64,000 bases of DNA from the human T2T-CHM13v2.0 reference genome, Homo sapiens. The notes under the pieces were generated by a model, which was given only the letters and a program-made list of their open reading frames with translations, did not search any database and was not told where the DNA came from. A program made the position numbers and the translations under genes. The stretch lies in the NCBI RefSeq assembly GCF_009914755.1, contig NC_060926.1; one strand, 5' to 3'. Position 1 is the stretch's first letter, and each line of letters opens with the position of its first letter. Positions 15,519 through 26,961 of this stretch are shown here, one piece after another.

Positions 15519-17059
15519 TACATTTAGTCAATGAAATTGGATTAAACTGTCTCACTCACGCTGCTAATGGGCCTGACTTTGAAACTATGAATGGAAACTC
15601 TTCTATGCTATTTTTTAATATGTCAAAAAAGTAGTACCCATGGACTGGTTTTGGTGCATTCTGCATTATTTTAAATAACATAGAAAATATTTTTTTAAAA
15701 CCTTTCTATCACGATCTCTGGCCCTACAGTTTCACTGACAAGGCTATTCACTTATTCACTCAATAAAAAGGTATCTTCAAACTTACTATGTGCCAGGAAC
15801 AGTATAGTTACTATAAAGACAAATACAAATACCTGCCGGGAAGTCACAATCTAGTGACAGACCCAGAAACATATGATTAACAAGAGAAGGCAGTGGTAAT
15901 TTTAGAGACAGGGACAAAGTGATCTGGGGACTAGCACCCATGAGACAGCAAGGCTAAACCCCGTGGCACAGATAACAAGTCCTTTCAAAGTTCACAACCC
16001 CACAAGTGCCATCAGTTCCCCTAGAGGGGAGTGTGTTTTCCTTCCGTGCAGGAATTTAGGCCATGGCTAAATGACCATCTGTCAGAGATGCTGGAGGTGA
16101 GGATTCCCCCCAAGTGAGAGGCTGGATTAAGTGTCCTTTAAAGCCCCTTCCAACTCTAAAATTGTATAATTCCATGAGATCAGCAAAGGCTAAAACAGTA
16201 ATAGGAAGCTTCAGAGAGGAAGGGAAACTTGAACTAAGCCCAAAATGATAGCCAGGACCTAAGTAAACAAGACAGAGCAAAAGATCCCTCATTTTATTCC
16301 TTTTCATTAAATATATGCCAGGTCAGTCTGCAAAGCTTAATGGGATTAATGACTGGCACAGTCAGGAAGATTTCCATAGCTACTGAATACTGGGAAATAC
16401 AGCCAGAATTCTACATTTTACTAGAAAATAATAACAGTAGGCTTTTCTGATCACATATGTAAGAAAATCCTTTTAACAAAACATTAACAATACTATGTAA
16501 AATAGTGACAGGCCTACTGCACTATATTCTCAATAATCACATAATTACACTTAATGAAATATAGAGCACGCAAGAAGATCTGGCATGAGTTTACATTATT
16601 ATTTGATAAGGAACTTAAACAGCCAGGCCCTGAAACTTAGATAATTTGGATATGTTTCTCATCAGATTTAAAAAAGCTTAACACTGTGATTTTCCATTTC
16701 AAGTAATTCTCAACCCTTTTCTGCCTCCCTACCTGTCCCACCACTCGTGCTCACACTTCTTAGTCAAGACATCTTCACTTTACAATACCAGGATGTACAC
16801 AGGAGACCCCAAGAAAGGTAAGTTAGCCAAGACCGTATTTTAAAAGCCAAGAACTAAAATATCTTTTAAAGGTTCTCCAGTATTCACAGGAATACACAGT
16901 CTCCTGACAACATATCATGTCTAGCAGGTCACTACACTCATTAAAAAGTTAACTCCGTGTTGAGATTCCAATACTCTCAGTATATTAAACCAAAGGCTAG
17001 CATTTTTACTGAGGGTTTCAGTGCACCAAATTTTACTGAGTGTTTCAGTGCATCATCAC

Positions 17060-17330
17060 TGCCAGGTGCAGTGGCTCACACCTGTAATCCCAGCACTCTG
17101 GGAGGTGAATTACCTGAGGTCAGGAGTTCGAGACCAGCCTGGCCAACACAGCGAAACCCTGTCTCTACTGAAAATACAAAAATTAGCCGGGACTGGTGGC
17201 TCATGCCTGTAATCCCAGCTACTCGGGAGTTTGAGGTGGGAGAATCGCTTGAACCCAGGAGGCAGAGGTTGTAGTAAGCCACTGTACTCCAGCCTGGGCA
17301 ACAGAGTGAGACTCCGTCAAAAAAAAAAAA
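17060..17330 (+). mobile_element. AluS with small internal deletions
   Basis: Alu dimer with poly(A). Confidence 0.92.
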
Positions 17331-17566
17331 ATTGTGATGGAAATTTAGCTACACATAAAAAATGAGTGTGCTGGAGAAGAACTGGAGGAATGTGCCAGCA
17401 AGGTGATGGCCCTACAGCCAAGACATCAAGACAGAGCCACCCAAACTGCTATAATTTCAGAAATGAGAGGCAGGTCAGTGAATCTGTGTTAAGCAGAAAT
17501 GCTACTGTTTTAGTTCTATTATCAGCATCAGTTATTCAAACACTATTGGTTCAATTCCTAACTTAC

Positions 17567-17675
17567 CCCTTTTTCTGAGAGGTTCAGAGTAAGCAAGTGC
17601 AAGGTCCTAGTATGCGATGACTTCCAGTCTACAGGCATCACATTCCCATAATTATCTGTCAGGGCATTCCAAATC
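17567..17675 (-). CDS. FEZ2: FEZ2 exon 2 (109 nt)
   Basis: Acceptor tttttaAG|G, donor GGG|GTAAGT. Completes the Glu codon and reads IWNALTDNYGNVMPVDWKSSHTRTLHLLTLNLSEKG. Cumulative 375 nt, phase 0. Confidence 0.96.
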
Positions 17676-17929
17676 CTTAAAAAGAAGAAAGCTACAATCA
17701 ATGAAAATTAACATTCTGTATGTCTTTCTTAAACAAATATTCAGTGAAAGATGAACAGCAAATGTCAAAGGAAACAGAGAAAAACAGACAGCACATTGTT
17801 TCTCAGAAAAACATCAACAAAGTAGAGTCTCCTAAACAAAAACGAGGTGAAAAATCACATAACTGGGCTGACAAGAAGTCCTAAGGGAAGGTGAAGCCGT
17901 ACAGAAAACTGCCAATAGGCAGTAGGCAA

Positions 17930-18100
17930 CACTTCCATTATATTAGGTGCTAGGCACTGTTCTAAGCAATTTACATGTATTAACTCATGTAATCTTCAAA
18001 AACAACATTAGAAGGGGGAACCATTATTAACCTCATTTTACAGATGAAGAAACTGAAACACAGGGCGGGGAAGAAATGTTTCCAGGGTCACATGAATAAT
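17930..18100 (-). mobile_element. MIR
   Basis: Core ctcattttacagatgaagaaactga. Confidence 0.75.
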
Positions 18101-18940
18101 AAATACAACTGTGCATTACACTTATTTTTCTTCTGTAACTTCAAACAAACAGACCATTTCAAAAAGTGAAAAATCTCTCTCAAACAAAAGGTTTGTTATC
18201 CTTTCTGGAGAAAGAATTCGCTCTCAATGTGAGAACAGGATTTAATATCTAATTTGTAATAAAGAAGCTAAGCACTAAGGCAGATACAACAAAAAGGAGA
18301 AAGAGAGGGAGTTCACAATAAAACACACCCAGGCTCTATCCAATGCAGTTACCTGACCTTATTACCCAACAGCATTACAGGGAGGCAAGAGGGTCAAATG
18401 GTAAGGGCATTTGACTGAGACTAGGGAAACAAACTCTCATCTCCATCCTTCTTCAAATAACGAGTCATTGGCCAGGCCCCTTAACCTCCCTAGGTATCCT
18501 CTGCCCTTCTATAAATGAGAGACCTGGACAAGAAGCAGATACTCCTTCCAGCTCCATTACTCTAAGCATTAATTCAAATGAGGTGTATTGAAGAGAGTCC
18601 CAAACCACACCAGATAAGAACACCAAACTCAAATTTCACAACCAAAATTCAGGTTTCAATACCAAAGTAATAATCAGCACAATAAAACATGATGTTTTAT
18701 GAAAAACTAAAGTTCAGAGATACAAGTGACTTGAAATCTAATTGGGATACGTAAAATCAAACACTAAACATACAAGCTACTTACTAGCTAGAGGTATACA
18801 CAAAGATGTCATGTAGAAAAAAACACCCTAAAATGTTTATTAGGTATCTAATTGTGAATAAGCAATAGGCTTTCTTTCCAAGTGTGTAAGACACTAGGAT
18901 ACAAAAACAATCCTGGCTGGGGCATAAACATAAGAATGAA

Positions 18941-19054
18941 TTTTTTTTTTAAGTTCCGGGGTACATGGGCAGGATGTGCAGGTTTGTTACACAGGCAAAC
19001 ATGTGCCATGGTGATTTGCTGCACCTATCAACCCATCACCTAGGTATTAAGCCC
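18941..19054 (-). mobile_element. Tiny 5'-truncated L1PA 3' end
   Basis: poly(T) followed by gtacatg..gcaggtttgttac..gcacctatcaacccatcacctaggtattaagccc, TSD AAGAATGAA. Confidence 0.85.
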
Positions 19055-19186
19055 AAGAATGAAAATTTTAAAATACAGACATAACATAGTTAACAAATAG
19101 GGATTGGGCGCTAAAAAGAAGCAATAGGACTGCAACGGCTAAAAGCATAACATCCCAAATGATGTTTGGCTTTAAAATGCACGTTA

Positions 19187-19510
<324 letters not shown>

Positions 19511-19756
19511 TAGCCTTAATAAAAATGTGAACCCAAAAATCTCTAGAGAACTAACTCATCTACCCAGCAAAGCTCCCATATGCACAGTCCATTCCTATTC
19601 TCCTCTCTGTTGGAATATCTCCTCTAATGCCAGTGAAGTAGAATTAGAGGCAATGTCTGTGGACTACTAAATTTGCTGGGTTTCTGTGGACTACTAAACT
19701 TGCTGGGTTTCTGGCTCATACCTTCCTGGATAAGAAATTTTCAAACACTGAATGAC

Positions 19757-21355
19757 TGTATAGTCCATTTTCATGCAGCTGATAAAGACATACCCAAGAC
19801 TGGGACGAAAAAGAGGTTTAATTGGACTTACAGTTCCACATGGCTGAGGAGGCCTCAGAATCATGGTGGGAGACAAAAGGCACTTCTTACATGGTGGCAG
19901 CAAGAGAAAAGGAGGAAGATGCAAAAGCAGAAACCCCTGATAAACTCATGGACAGCGGCCCTCTTCTCACAACCCCACTAGGCAGTGCCCCAGTAGGGAC
20001 TCTGTGTGGGGGCTCCAACCCCACATTTCCCTTCCACACTGCCCTAGCAGAGGTTCTCCATGAGGGCCCTGCCCCTGCAACAAACTTTTGCCTGGGCATC
20101 CAGGCATTTCCATACATCTTCTGAATCTAGAAGGAGGTTCCCAAACCTCAATTCTTGACTTCTGTGCACCTGTGGGCTCAACACCACATGGAAGCTGCCA
20201 AGGCTTGGGGCTTGCACCCTCTGAAGCCACAGCCTGAGCTGTACTCTCGCCCCTTTCAGCCACAGCTGGAGCAGCTGGTACACAGGGCACCAAGTCCCTA
20301 GGCCGCATACAGCAGGCAGACCCTAGGCCCAGCTCACGAAACCACTTGTTCCTTTTTGGGCCTCCAGGCCTGTGATGGGAGGAGCTGCCATGAAGGTCTC
20401 TGACATGGCCTGGAGACATTTTCCCCATGGTCGTGGGGATTAACATTAGGGTCCTTGCTACTTACGCAAATTTCTGCAGCTAGCTTGAATTTCTCCCCAG
20501 AAAATGGGTTTTTTTTTTTTCTATCGCATAGTCAGGCTGCAAATTTTCCAAACTTTTATGCTCTGCTTCCCTTATAAAACTGAATACGTTTAATAGCACC
20601 CAAGTTACCTCCTGAATGCTTTACTGCTTAGAAATTTTTTCTGCCAGATACCCTAACTCATCTCCCTCAAGTTCAAAGTTCCACAAATCTCTAGGGCAGG
20701 GGCAAAATGCCACCAGTTCTCTTTGCCAAAACATAACAAGGGTCATCTTTGCTCCAGTTCCCAACAACTTCCTCATCTCCATCTGAGACCACCTCAGCCT
20801 GGATTTTATTGTCCATATTGCTGTCAGCATTTTGGGAAAGCCATTCAACAAGTCTCTAGGAAGTTCCAAACTTTCCCACATTTTCCTGTCTTCTGAGCCC
20901 TTCAAACTATTCCAATCTCTACCTGTTCCCCAGTTCCAAAGTCATTTCCACATTTTCAGGTATCTTTTCAGCAACGCCCCACTCTACTGGTACTAACTTA
21001 CTATATTAGGTTATTTTCATGCAGCTGATAAAGACATACCCGAGACTGGGAAGAAAACGAGGTTTAATTGGACTTACAGTTCCACATGGCTGGGGAGGCC
21101 TCAGAATCATGGCAGGAGGCAAAAGGCACTTCTTGCATGGCGGCAGCAAGGGAAAATGAGGAAGGAGCAAAAGCGGAAACCCCTGATAAGCCCATCAGAT
21201 CTTGTAAGACTTATTCACTATCATGAGAATAGCATAGGAAAGACCAGCCCCCATGATTCAATTACCTCCCCCTGGATCCCTCCCACAACACGTGGGAATT
21301 CTGGGAGATACAATTCAAGTTGAGATTTGGGTGGGGACACAGCCAAACCGTATCA
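19757..21355 (-). mobile_element. THE1 (MaLR) element: intact 5' LTR 21002-21355, internal segment, partly deleted 3' LTR 19757 to about 19948; same sense as FEZ2
   Basis: Minus strand begins TGATACGGTTTGGCTGTGTCCCCACCC. LTR sequence duplicated at both ends, THE1 internal sequence between, near-TSD ATGAC/CTGAC. Confidence 0.92.
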
Positions 21356-21849
21356 CTGACTATAGACCTAATCCTGGCAGGAATTTAAGCAGGATACACT
21401 AGCAGGTGAAGACAGTCCAGAATTTGAGGAGTTTGCTTTGTCTGCTGATTTGCTCCTTCTTAAACAAGGCTATAAGAAAAAGGCAAATGGGATGGAATAT
21501 TTCACTTAGAAGTGCCTGTCAGTGAGTTTGATCTTCCAAGAAAATGAAAGCCAACTAACAGTCTCCACCAAGGTCAAAACAATGGTAGTTGGAAGGACAC
21601 AGAGGCAACTCTAGTGAAAGATTTCTAGAATTCTGCAGTCAAGACATATGAACTGCCTTCATCTTTATCACCAAGTATTACAACCAGTCGTAAACAACGG
21701 TCAGGACAGCTCTTTTGCAAGGAGGTCAAAGTCCTGCCAACATCGAATCCTGCAGAATACTCTTATAAGTAAAACCTCAGTACGTAAATACAATCCATAT
21801 TTAACCAAAACAAAAGCTGAGGCTCAGAGAAGTTAAATGAAGTGCCAAG

Positions 21850-22288
21850 GGTCGGGGAGGGCTTTGGGGTGATTCAAGCACATTACATTTACGGTGTACT
21901 TTATTTCTATTATTACACTGTCATATATCATGAAATAATTTTACAACTCACCATAACGTAGAATCAATGGGAGCCCTGAGCTTGTTTTCCTGCAACTAGA
22001 TGGTCCTATCTGGGGGAGAGGGGAAACAGTGACAGATCATCAAGCATTAGATTCTCATAAGGTGTCTGCAAACTAGAACCCTCACTTGTGCAGTTCACAA
22101 TAGGGTTCACGCTCCTATGAGAATCTAATGCCGTGGCTGATCTGACAGGAGGTGGCTCAGGTGGTAATGCAAGCAATGGGGAGGAGCTGTAAATACAGAT
22201 GAGGCTTTGCTCACTCACTCAGCCACTCACCTCCTGTAGTGTGGCCCAGTTCCAGTACCGGTCTGTGGACCAGGGGTTGGGGACCCCT
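21850..22288 (-). mobile_element. MER1A (hAT-Charlie), partial
   Basis: gattcaagcacattacattt...cattagattctcataagg...ggggttggggacccc. Confidence 0.8.
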
Positions 22289-23133
22289 TGACCTAAAGCA
22301 CAGCAATATCTGAGTAAAACAATTATCAATTATATCTAGTGAAAAGGGAACTGGAACAGACTATCAAGCAATGATGAGTATGTTTTTGCAATATAAAAGG
22401 GACAATGCCAGTGATGACCAGCTCCCAACTCCCGGAAAAAAAGAGATTTCATATGCATTCCCAAGTCAAGAGACATGCATTACCACCAACATATCATCTA
22501 CTAAATACCATTAACAAGAGCGACAAAATATTTTTAAGCAAAGGCTAAAATAACCTACTCTCCTGACGGTCTAAGTGAAACAAAAACTCTTAACGATCTA
22601 CGTACAATCCTCTAATTGATTTAAGTCAGCTACTCTTGAAAAACCCAAATACATAATACATCTACACTAATTTTTAAATCCAGAATGTGTCCTGGGTTTA
22701 GTGATTCAGAGTATCTAAATCTACATATACATAAAATTATCTTCTCTTTGGGAACAGGCTTCCAAAAATGTCATCTTTTGCTACTGACGGCATGCATGTG
22801 TGTATAAAATCCAATTATAAGTGTTTCCCTTCTCTACACCTGGGCAGAACACTGTACTGAGGAACCAATAAAAGGAGATGGTCTCCAAACACAGGTGGGC
22901 CTGCACCACTGCTCAGCCATGTTTACAGGCCCCACTCCCAAGGCTGTCTTTACAAGCTTCCTACCTTATTCCTGATAAATCTGTTTGTTTCACAAAGGAA
23001 AGGAGACAATCAGGCTGGAAACTCCTTTCCGTGCCCGTGACTCCTGTCCTGTCTCTCAAAAATTCTTCCCTAACCTCTAAGAGTCTCTCCATCCCATCAA
23101 TGCTCTGAAAATCCATTCCTTCCCATGTCCTCA

Positions 23134-23428
23134 TTTTTGAGACAAAGTCTCGCTCTGACACCCAGGCTGGAGTGCAGTTGTGCGATGATGGCTCACTGCA
23201 ACCTTCGCCTCCAGGACTCAAGCAATCCTGCCATCTCAGCCTCCGGGCAGCTGGGTCCGTGGGACCACGGGCATGCGCCACCGGACTTCACTAATTTTTT
23301 TTTAATTTTTTTGTAAAGACCAGATTTCACGATATTGCCCAGTCTGGTCTCGAACTGCTGGAAGCAAGCCATCCTCCCACCACAGCCTCTCAAAGTGCTG
23401 GGATCACAGGTGTGAGCCACCGCGCCCA
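23134..23428 (-). mobile_element. AluJ
   Basis: Diverged Alu dimer. Confidence 0.88.
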
Positions 23429-23899
23429 ATCTTATTCCACTCATTTTACCTTCAGCCTCTCCGGAGGCTCCTCTCCCCCTATATACACAACATGCTCAAG
23501 TCCCTTTACTCTCACCATTCCTATTTACCATCTTTTGGGGGTAAAACCATGGTACCTAATTACAACTCTTACTTAACCAAATTATAATTGCGGCTCAGGT
23601 GGTTTAAAAAGTGCCCTCAGGAACTCTGCGCCTCACCTCTCCCAGCTGTGATAAAACCCCGTGAACCTCCTATCATTGCTCTTAGGTGATTCTGTAATTA
23701 TTAATATTACTTGTGTATGCCTTGGTCTCCCCACCAGACCATGCGATCGTTACCATCAGTAAGCAGGGCCCTTCGTTTTCGTCTCTGTGGCGGCTCGCAC
23801 TCTACCAGGGCTCCCGGGTGGGTCCCACAGATTCCTGTGCCCTAAATGCTGCCTCGCACGTTGGTACTTATGCACAGGCAATATACTCCACCTAGAACG

Positions 23900-24200
23900 T
23901 TAGACTTTTTTCCACCTGCCAGGCACACTCCCACTCATCAGTCAGATCTCGTTTGCACATTTCTTTATAAAGTCGTTCCTTACTCTCCCCAAGACACACG
24001 CTTTTAAGTCTCTCACATTTGGTACATATAACCATTGCAGCGCTAATTACATCCATACATGTATTTGTTTACAAATCTATCTCCCATCCTACGTTGTGTC
24101 CTAAGTGGGAGGGACAGTGCCCAGTCGTTTTGGTGTTCCCTGTGCGAAGCAGCGCCTGGCACTCAGCAGGTGCTTAATAAATGCGACTTGAGTGAATGAA
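23900..24200 (+). mobile_element. L2 3' end
   Basis: cagcgcctggcactcagcaggtgcttaataaatg...tgaatgaatg. Similar L2 pieces at about 210-350, 1030-1400, 1700-2210 and 15745-15930. Confidence 0.65.
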
Positions 24201-24950
24201 TGGCGACACACGTGCCCCAGGAGGTGCCCCAGGAGGTGCCGTCTCTAACTATGGGCTCTGCATGGGCGATTCCCTTCTAATACAAACGAGGGTTTGGTTT
24301 GCAGGAAGGAGGGCGGGAGGTACCGAGGCGGAGGTTTTCAGGGCTCGTGGCGGCGGGGGGCAGGGGATTTAAATTGCTGGGCGAGCCGAGGCCGACGGCC
24401 GGAGGAAGGAGGCGAGAGGGCGGGGACTCCCGCGTCCGGGCGGAAGGAGGGCGCAGGGAGGAGCTGCGGCCGTAGGGCCTGCCGGTCGGGCGAGGGGTAG
24501 GGGAGGCTCCCGCCCACTCCCGGCCGGGGCCCCGCACTCACTCGTCCCCCTGCAGGAGGCTGCGCTCCGTGATGGGCCGCACGGCCGTCCTCGGGGGCTC
24601 GGCGCCCGGATCCGAGGGGCGGAAGCACAGGCTCAGCTTCTCCTCCAAGCTGCAGGCCGGGGCCGGGAAACCGTCGGCGCCCCCACCCGCCTCGGCCCCC
24701 GCCTCCGCCCCAGGCTCGGGGCTCGCGTTACAGTTCTCCTGGTCCAGGAGGCTCCGGGCCGGCTCCTGGAACTCATAGAAATCCTGCCAGTCCCCGTCCG
24801 CCGCCATCGCCGCCCGGAGCAGTCGCGCGCCCCGCCCAGGCCGGCCCAGCCCGGCCCAGCCCGGCCCCGCCCCGGCCCGAAGCCCCGCCCCCGCCCGCTA
24901 CCGTGCTGACAGATCCCAGGCTGTCCCAACCCTGGGTCTCCGGTGGCCTG
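24200..24950. promoter_or_regulatory. CpG island / GC-box-rich FEZ2 promoter
   Basis: Very high GC and CpG density around exon 1. Tandem GGGGCGGG (Sp/KLF) boxes at about 24830-24898 on the minus strand. No obvious TATA box. Confidence 0.9.
24542..24807 (-). CDS. FEZ2: FEZ2 coding exon 1 (266 nt): fasciculation and elongation protein zeta-2, an UNC-76-family kinesin-1 adaptor
   Basis: ATG in good Kozak context (gcggcgATGG) inside a CpG island. Translates MAADGDWQDFYEFQEPARS...LLQGDE, recognised as the FEZ2 N-terminus (LIR-like WQDF/YEF). Donor GA|GTGAGT at 24542/24541, phase 2. Confidence 0.97.
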
Positions 24951-25459
24951 AGTCTTCCTGGAGTTGAACGCGGTGCTACTAGAAAGCCAAGACCTTAACT
25001 GCCTTGAGTCACTTCCTATATTCTCTATCATTTAGGAATAACTTCCCTGTTAGCTTCCCTTATTAGCAACTTGGCCTAAATGTGGCTAAAATAAAGGACT
25101 TCTTTAAACTTACGACCTAATATCAGATTACGCCCCGAAAGTCGTTTTCCCCAAGGTAACCTGCTCCTTTCCTAACTTGCCAACCAGAATAACAGCCAGA
25201 GTCAATGGGAAATGTTTAGGTGGTACCGAAGTTCATTCCTCAAATATTTTACCTCTCACGTGCAAAGCACTGGCTAGATCCTGCAGAACATACAAAGATA
25301 ATTATGCCAGTTAACATTTGCAAAGCACTTAGAGCAATGCCTAATAGTAGATACCCTATGTGTATGTTATAACTAATACATGGGTGCCCCATACACAGGG
25401 CTTACAATGTCGGAGTGATAAGAGTAACAAGAAATTGTTTAGACCTCATAAAAACTAAG

Positions 25460-25615
25460 TGTGATTGGGCGGTTCAGTTTTGCAAGATGAAAAGAGTTAT
25501 GGAGATGGATGGTGGTGATGGTTCCACGACAGTGTTAATGTGCTGAATGCCACTGATCTATACACTTACAGATGGTTAAGATAGTAATTTTATGTTTATT
25601 TTACTACAATACAAA
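25460..25615 (+). mobile_element. L1MB-like 3' fragment
   Basis: ttcagttttgcaagatgaaaagagtt..gatggtggtgatgg..aatgccactga. Confidence 0.7.
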
Positions 25616-25765
25616 AAAATTGGAGTAGGCCAGGCGAGGTGGCTCACATCTATAATCCCAGCACTTTGGCAGGCCCAGGTGGACGGATCGCTTGAGGTCA
25701 GGAGTTCAAGACCAACCTGGCCAACATGGTAAAACCCCGTCTCTACTAAAAATACAAAATCTAGC

Positions 25766-26193
25766 TGTCAGGCCTCTGAGCCCAAGCCAAGCCATCGCAT
25801 CCCGTGACTTGCACATATACACCCAGATGGCCTGAAGTAACTGAAGATCCACAAAAGAAGTAAAAATAGCCTTAAGGATGACATTCCACCATTGTGATTT
25901 GTTCCTGCCCCACCCTAACTGATCAATGTACTTTGTAATCTCCCCCACCCTTAAGAAGTTTCTTTGTAATTCTCCCCACCCTTGAGAATGTACTTTGTGA
26001 GATCCACCCCTGCCCGCAAAACATTGCTCTTAACTTCACCGCCTGACCCAAAACCTGTAAGAACTAATGATAATCCATCTCCCTTCGCTGACTCTCTTTT
26101 CGGACTCAGCCCGCCTGCATCCAGGTGAAATAAACAGCCGTGTTGCTCACACAAAGCCTGTTTGGTGGTCTCTTCACACGGACGCACATGAAA
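25766..26193 (+). repeat. HERV-H 5' LTR (LTR7 family, LTR7Y/LTR7B-like U3)
   Basis: 428 bp. U3 has repeated CCCCACCC-containing units, AATAAA in R. Subtype assigned from remembered consensus. Confidence 0.9.
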
Positions 26194-26195
26194 TT

Positions 26196-26213
26196 TGGTG
26201 CCGTGACTCGGAT
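26196..26213 (+). other. Primer binding site complementary to tRNA-His
   Basis: TGGTGCCGTGACTCGGAT starts 2 nt after the 5' LTR. Confidence 0.93.
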
Positions 26214-26961
26214 CGGGGGACCTCCCTTGGGAGATCAATCCCCCTGTCCTCCTGCTCTTTGCTCCATGAGAAAGATCCACCTACGACCTCAGGTCCTCAG
26301 ACCGACCAGCCCAAAAAACATCTCACCAATTTCAAATCCAGTAAGCGGCCTCTTTTTACTGTCTTCTCCAGCTTCCCTCACTATCCCTCAACCTCTTTCT
26401 CCTTTCAATCTTGGCGCCGCACTTCAATCTCTCCCTTCTCTTAATTTCAGTTCCTTTCATTTTCTGGTAGAGACAAGGGAGACACGTTTTATCCGTGGAC
26501 CCAAAACTCCGGCGCCGGTCACGGGCTGGGAAGGCAGCCTTCCCTTGGTGTTTAATCATTGCAGGGACGCCTCTGATTATTCACCCACGTTTCAAAGGTG
26601 TCAGACCACGCAGGGACGCCTGCCTTGGTCCTTCACCCTTAGCGGCAAGTCCCGCTTTTCTGAGGAAGGGGCGAGTACCCCAACCCCTTCTCTCCTTGTC
26701 TCTACCCCTTCTGTGATTTTTCTGGGGCAGGGGCAAGAACCCCTCAACCCCTTCTCCTTCACCCTTAGCGGCAAGTCCCGCTTTTCTAGGTGGCAAGAAC
26801 CCCCAATCCCTTATTTCCACACCCCAATCTCTTATCTCTGTGCCCCAATCCCTTATTTCCGTGCCCCAACCCCCCTTCCCGCTTTTCTGGAGGGTAACAA
26901 CCCCGAACCCCTTCCCTCCATGTCTCTACGCTCTCTTTTCTCTGGGTTTACCTCCTTCACT

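Noticed and set aside
19673-20905. Cluster of 76-159-aa ORFs
   Set aside because: All lie within the THE1 LTR/internal sequence, with no coherent protein.
24633-25031. 132-aa out-of-frame ORF overlapping the FEZ2 start (possible uORF)
   Set aside because: Its ATG lies upstream of the GC boxes and probably outside the mRNA. GC-rich DNA is poor in stops.
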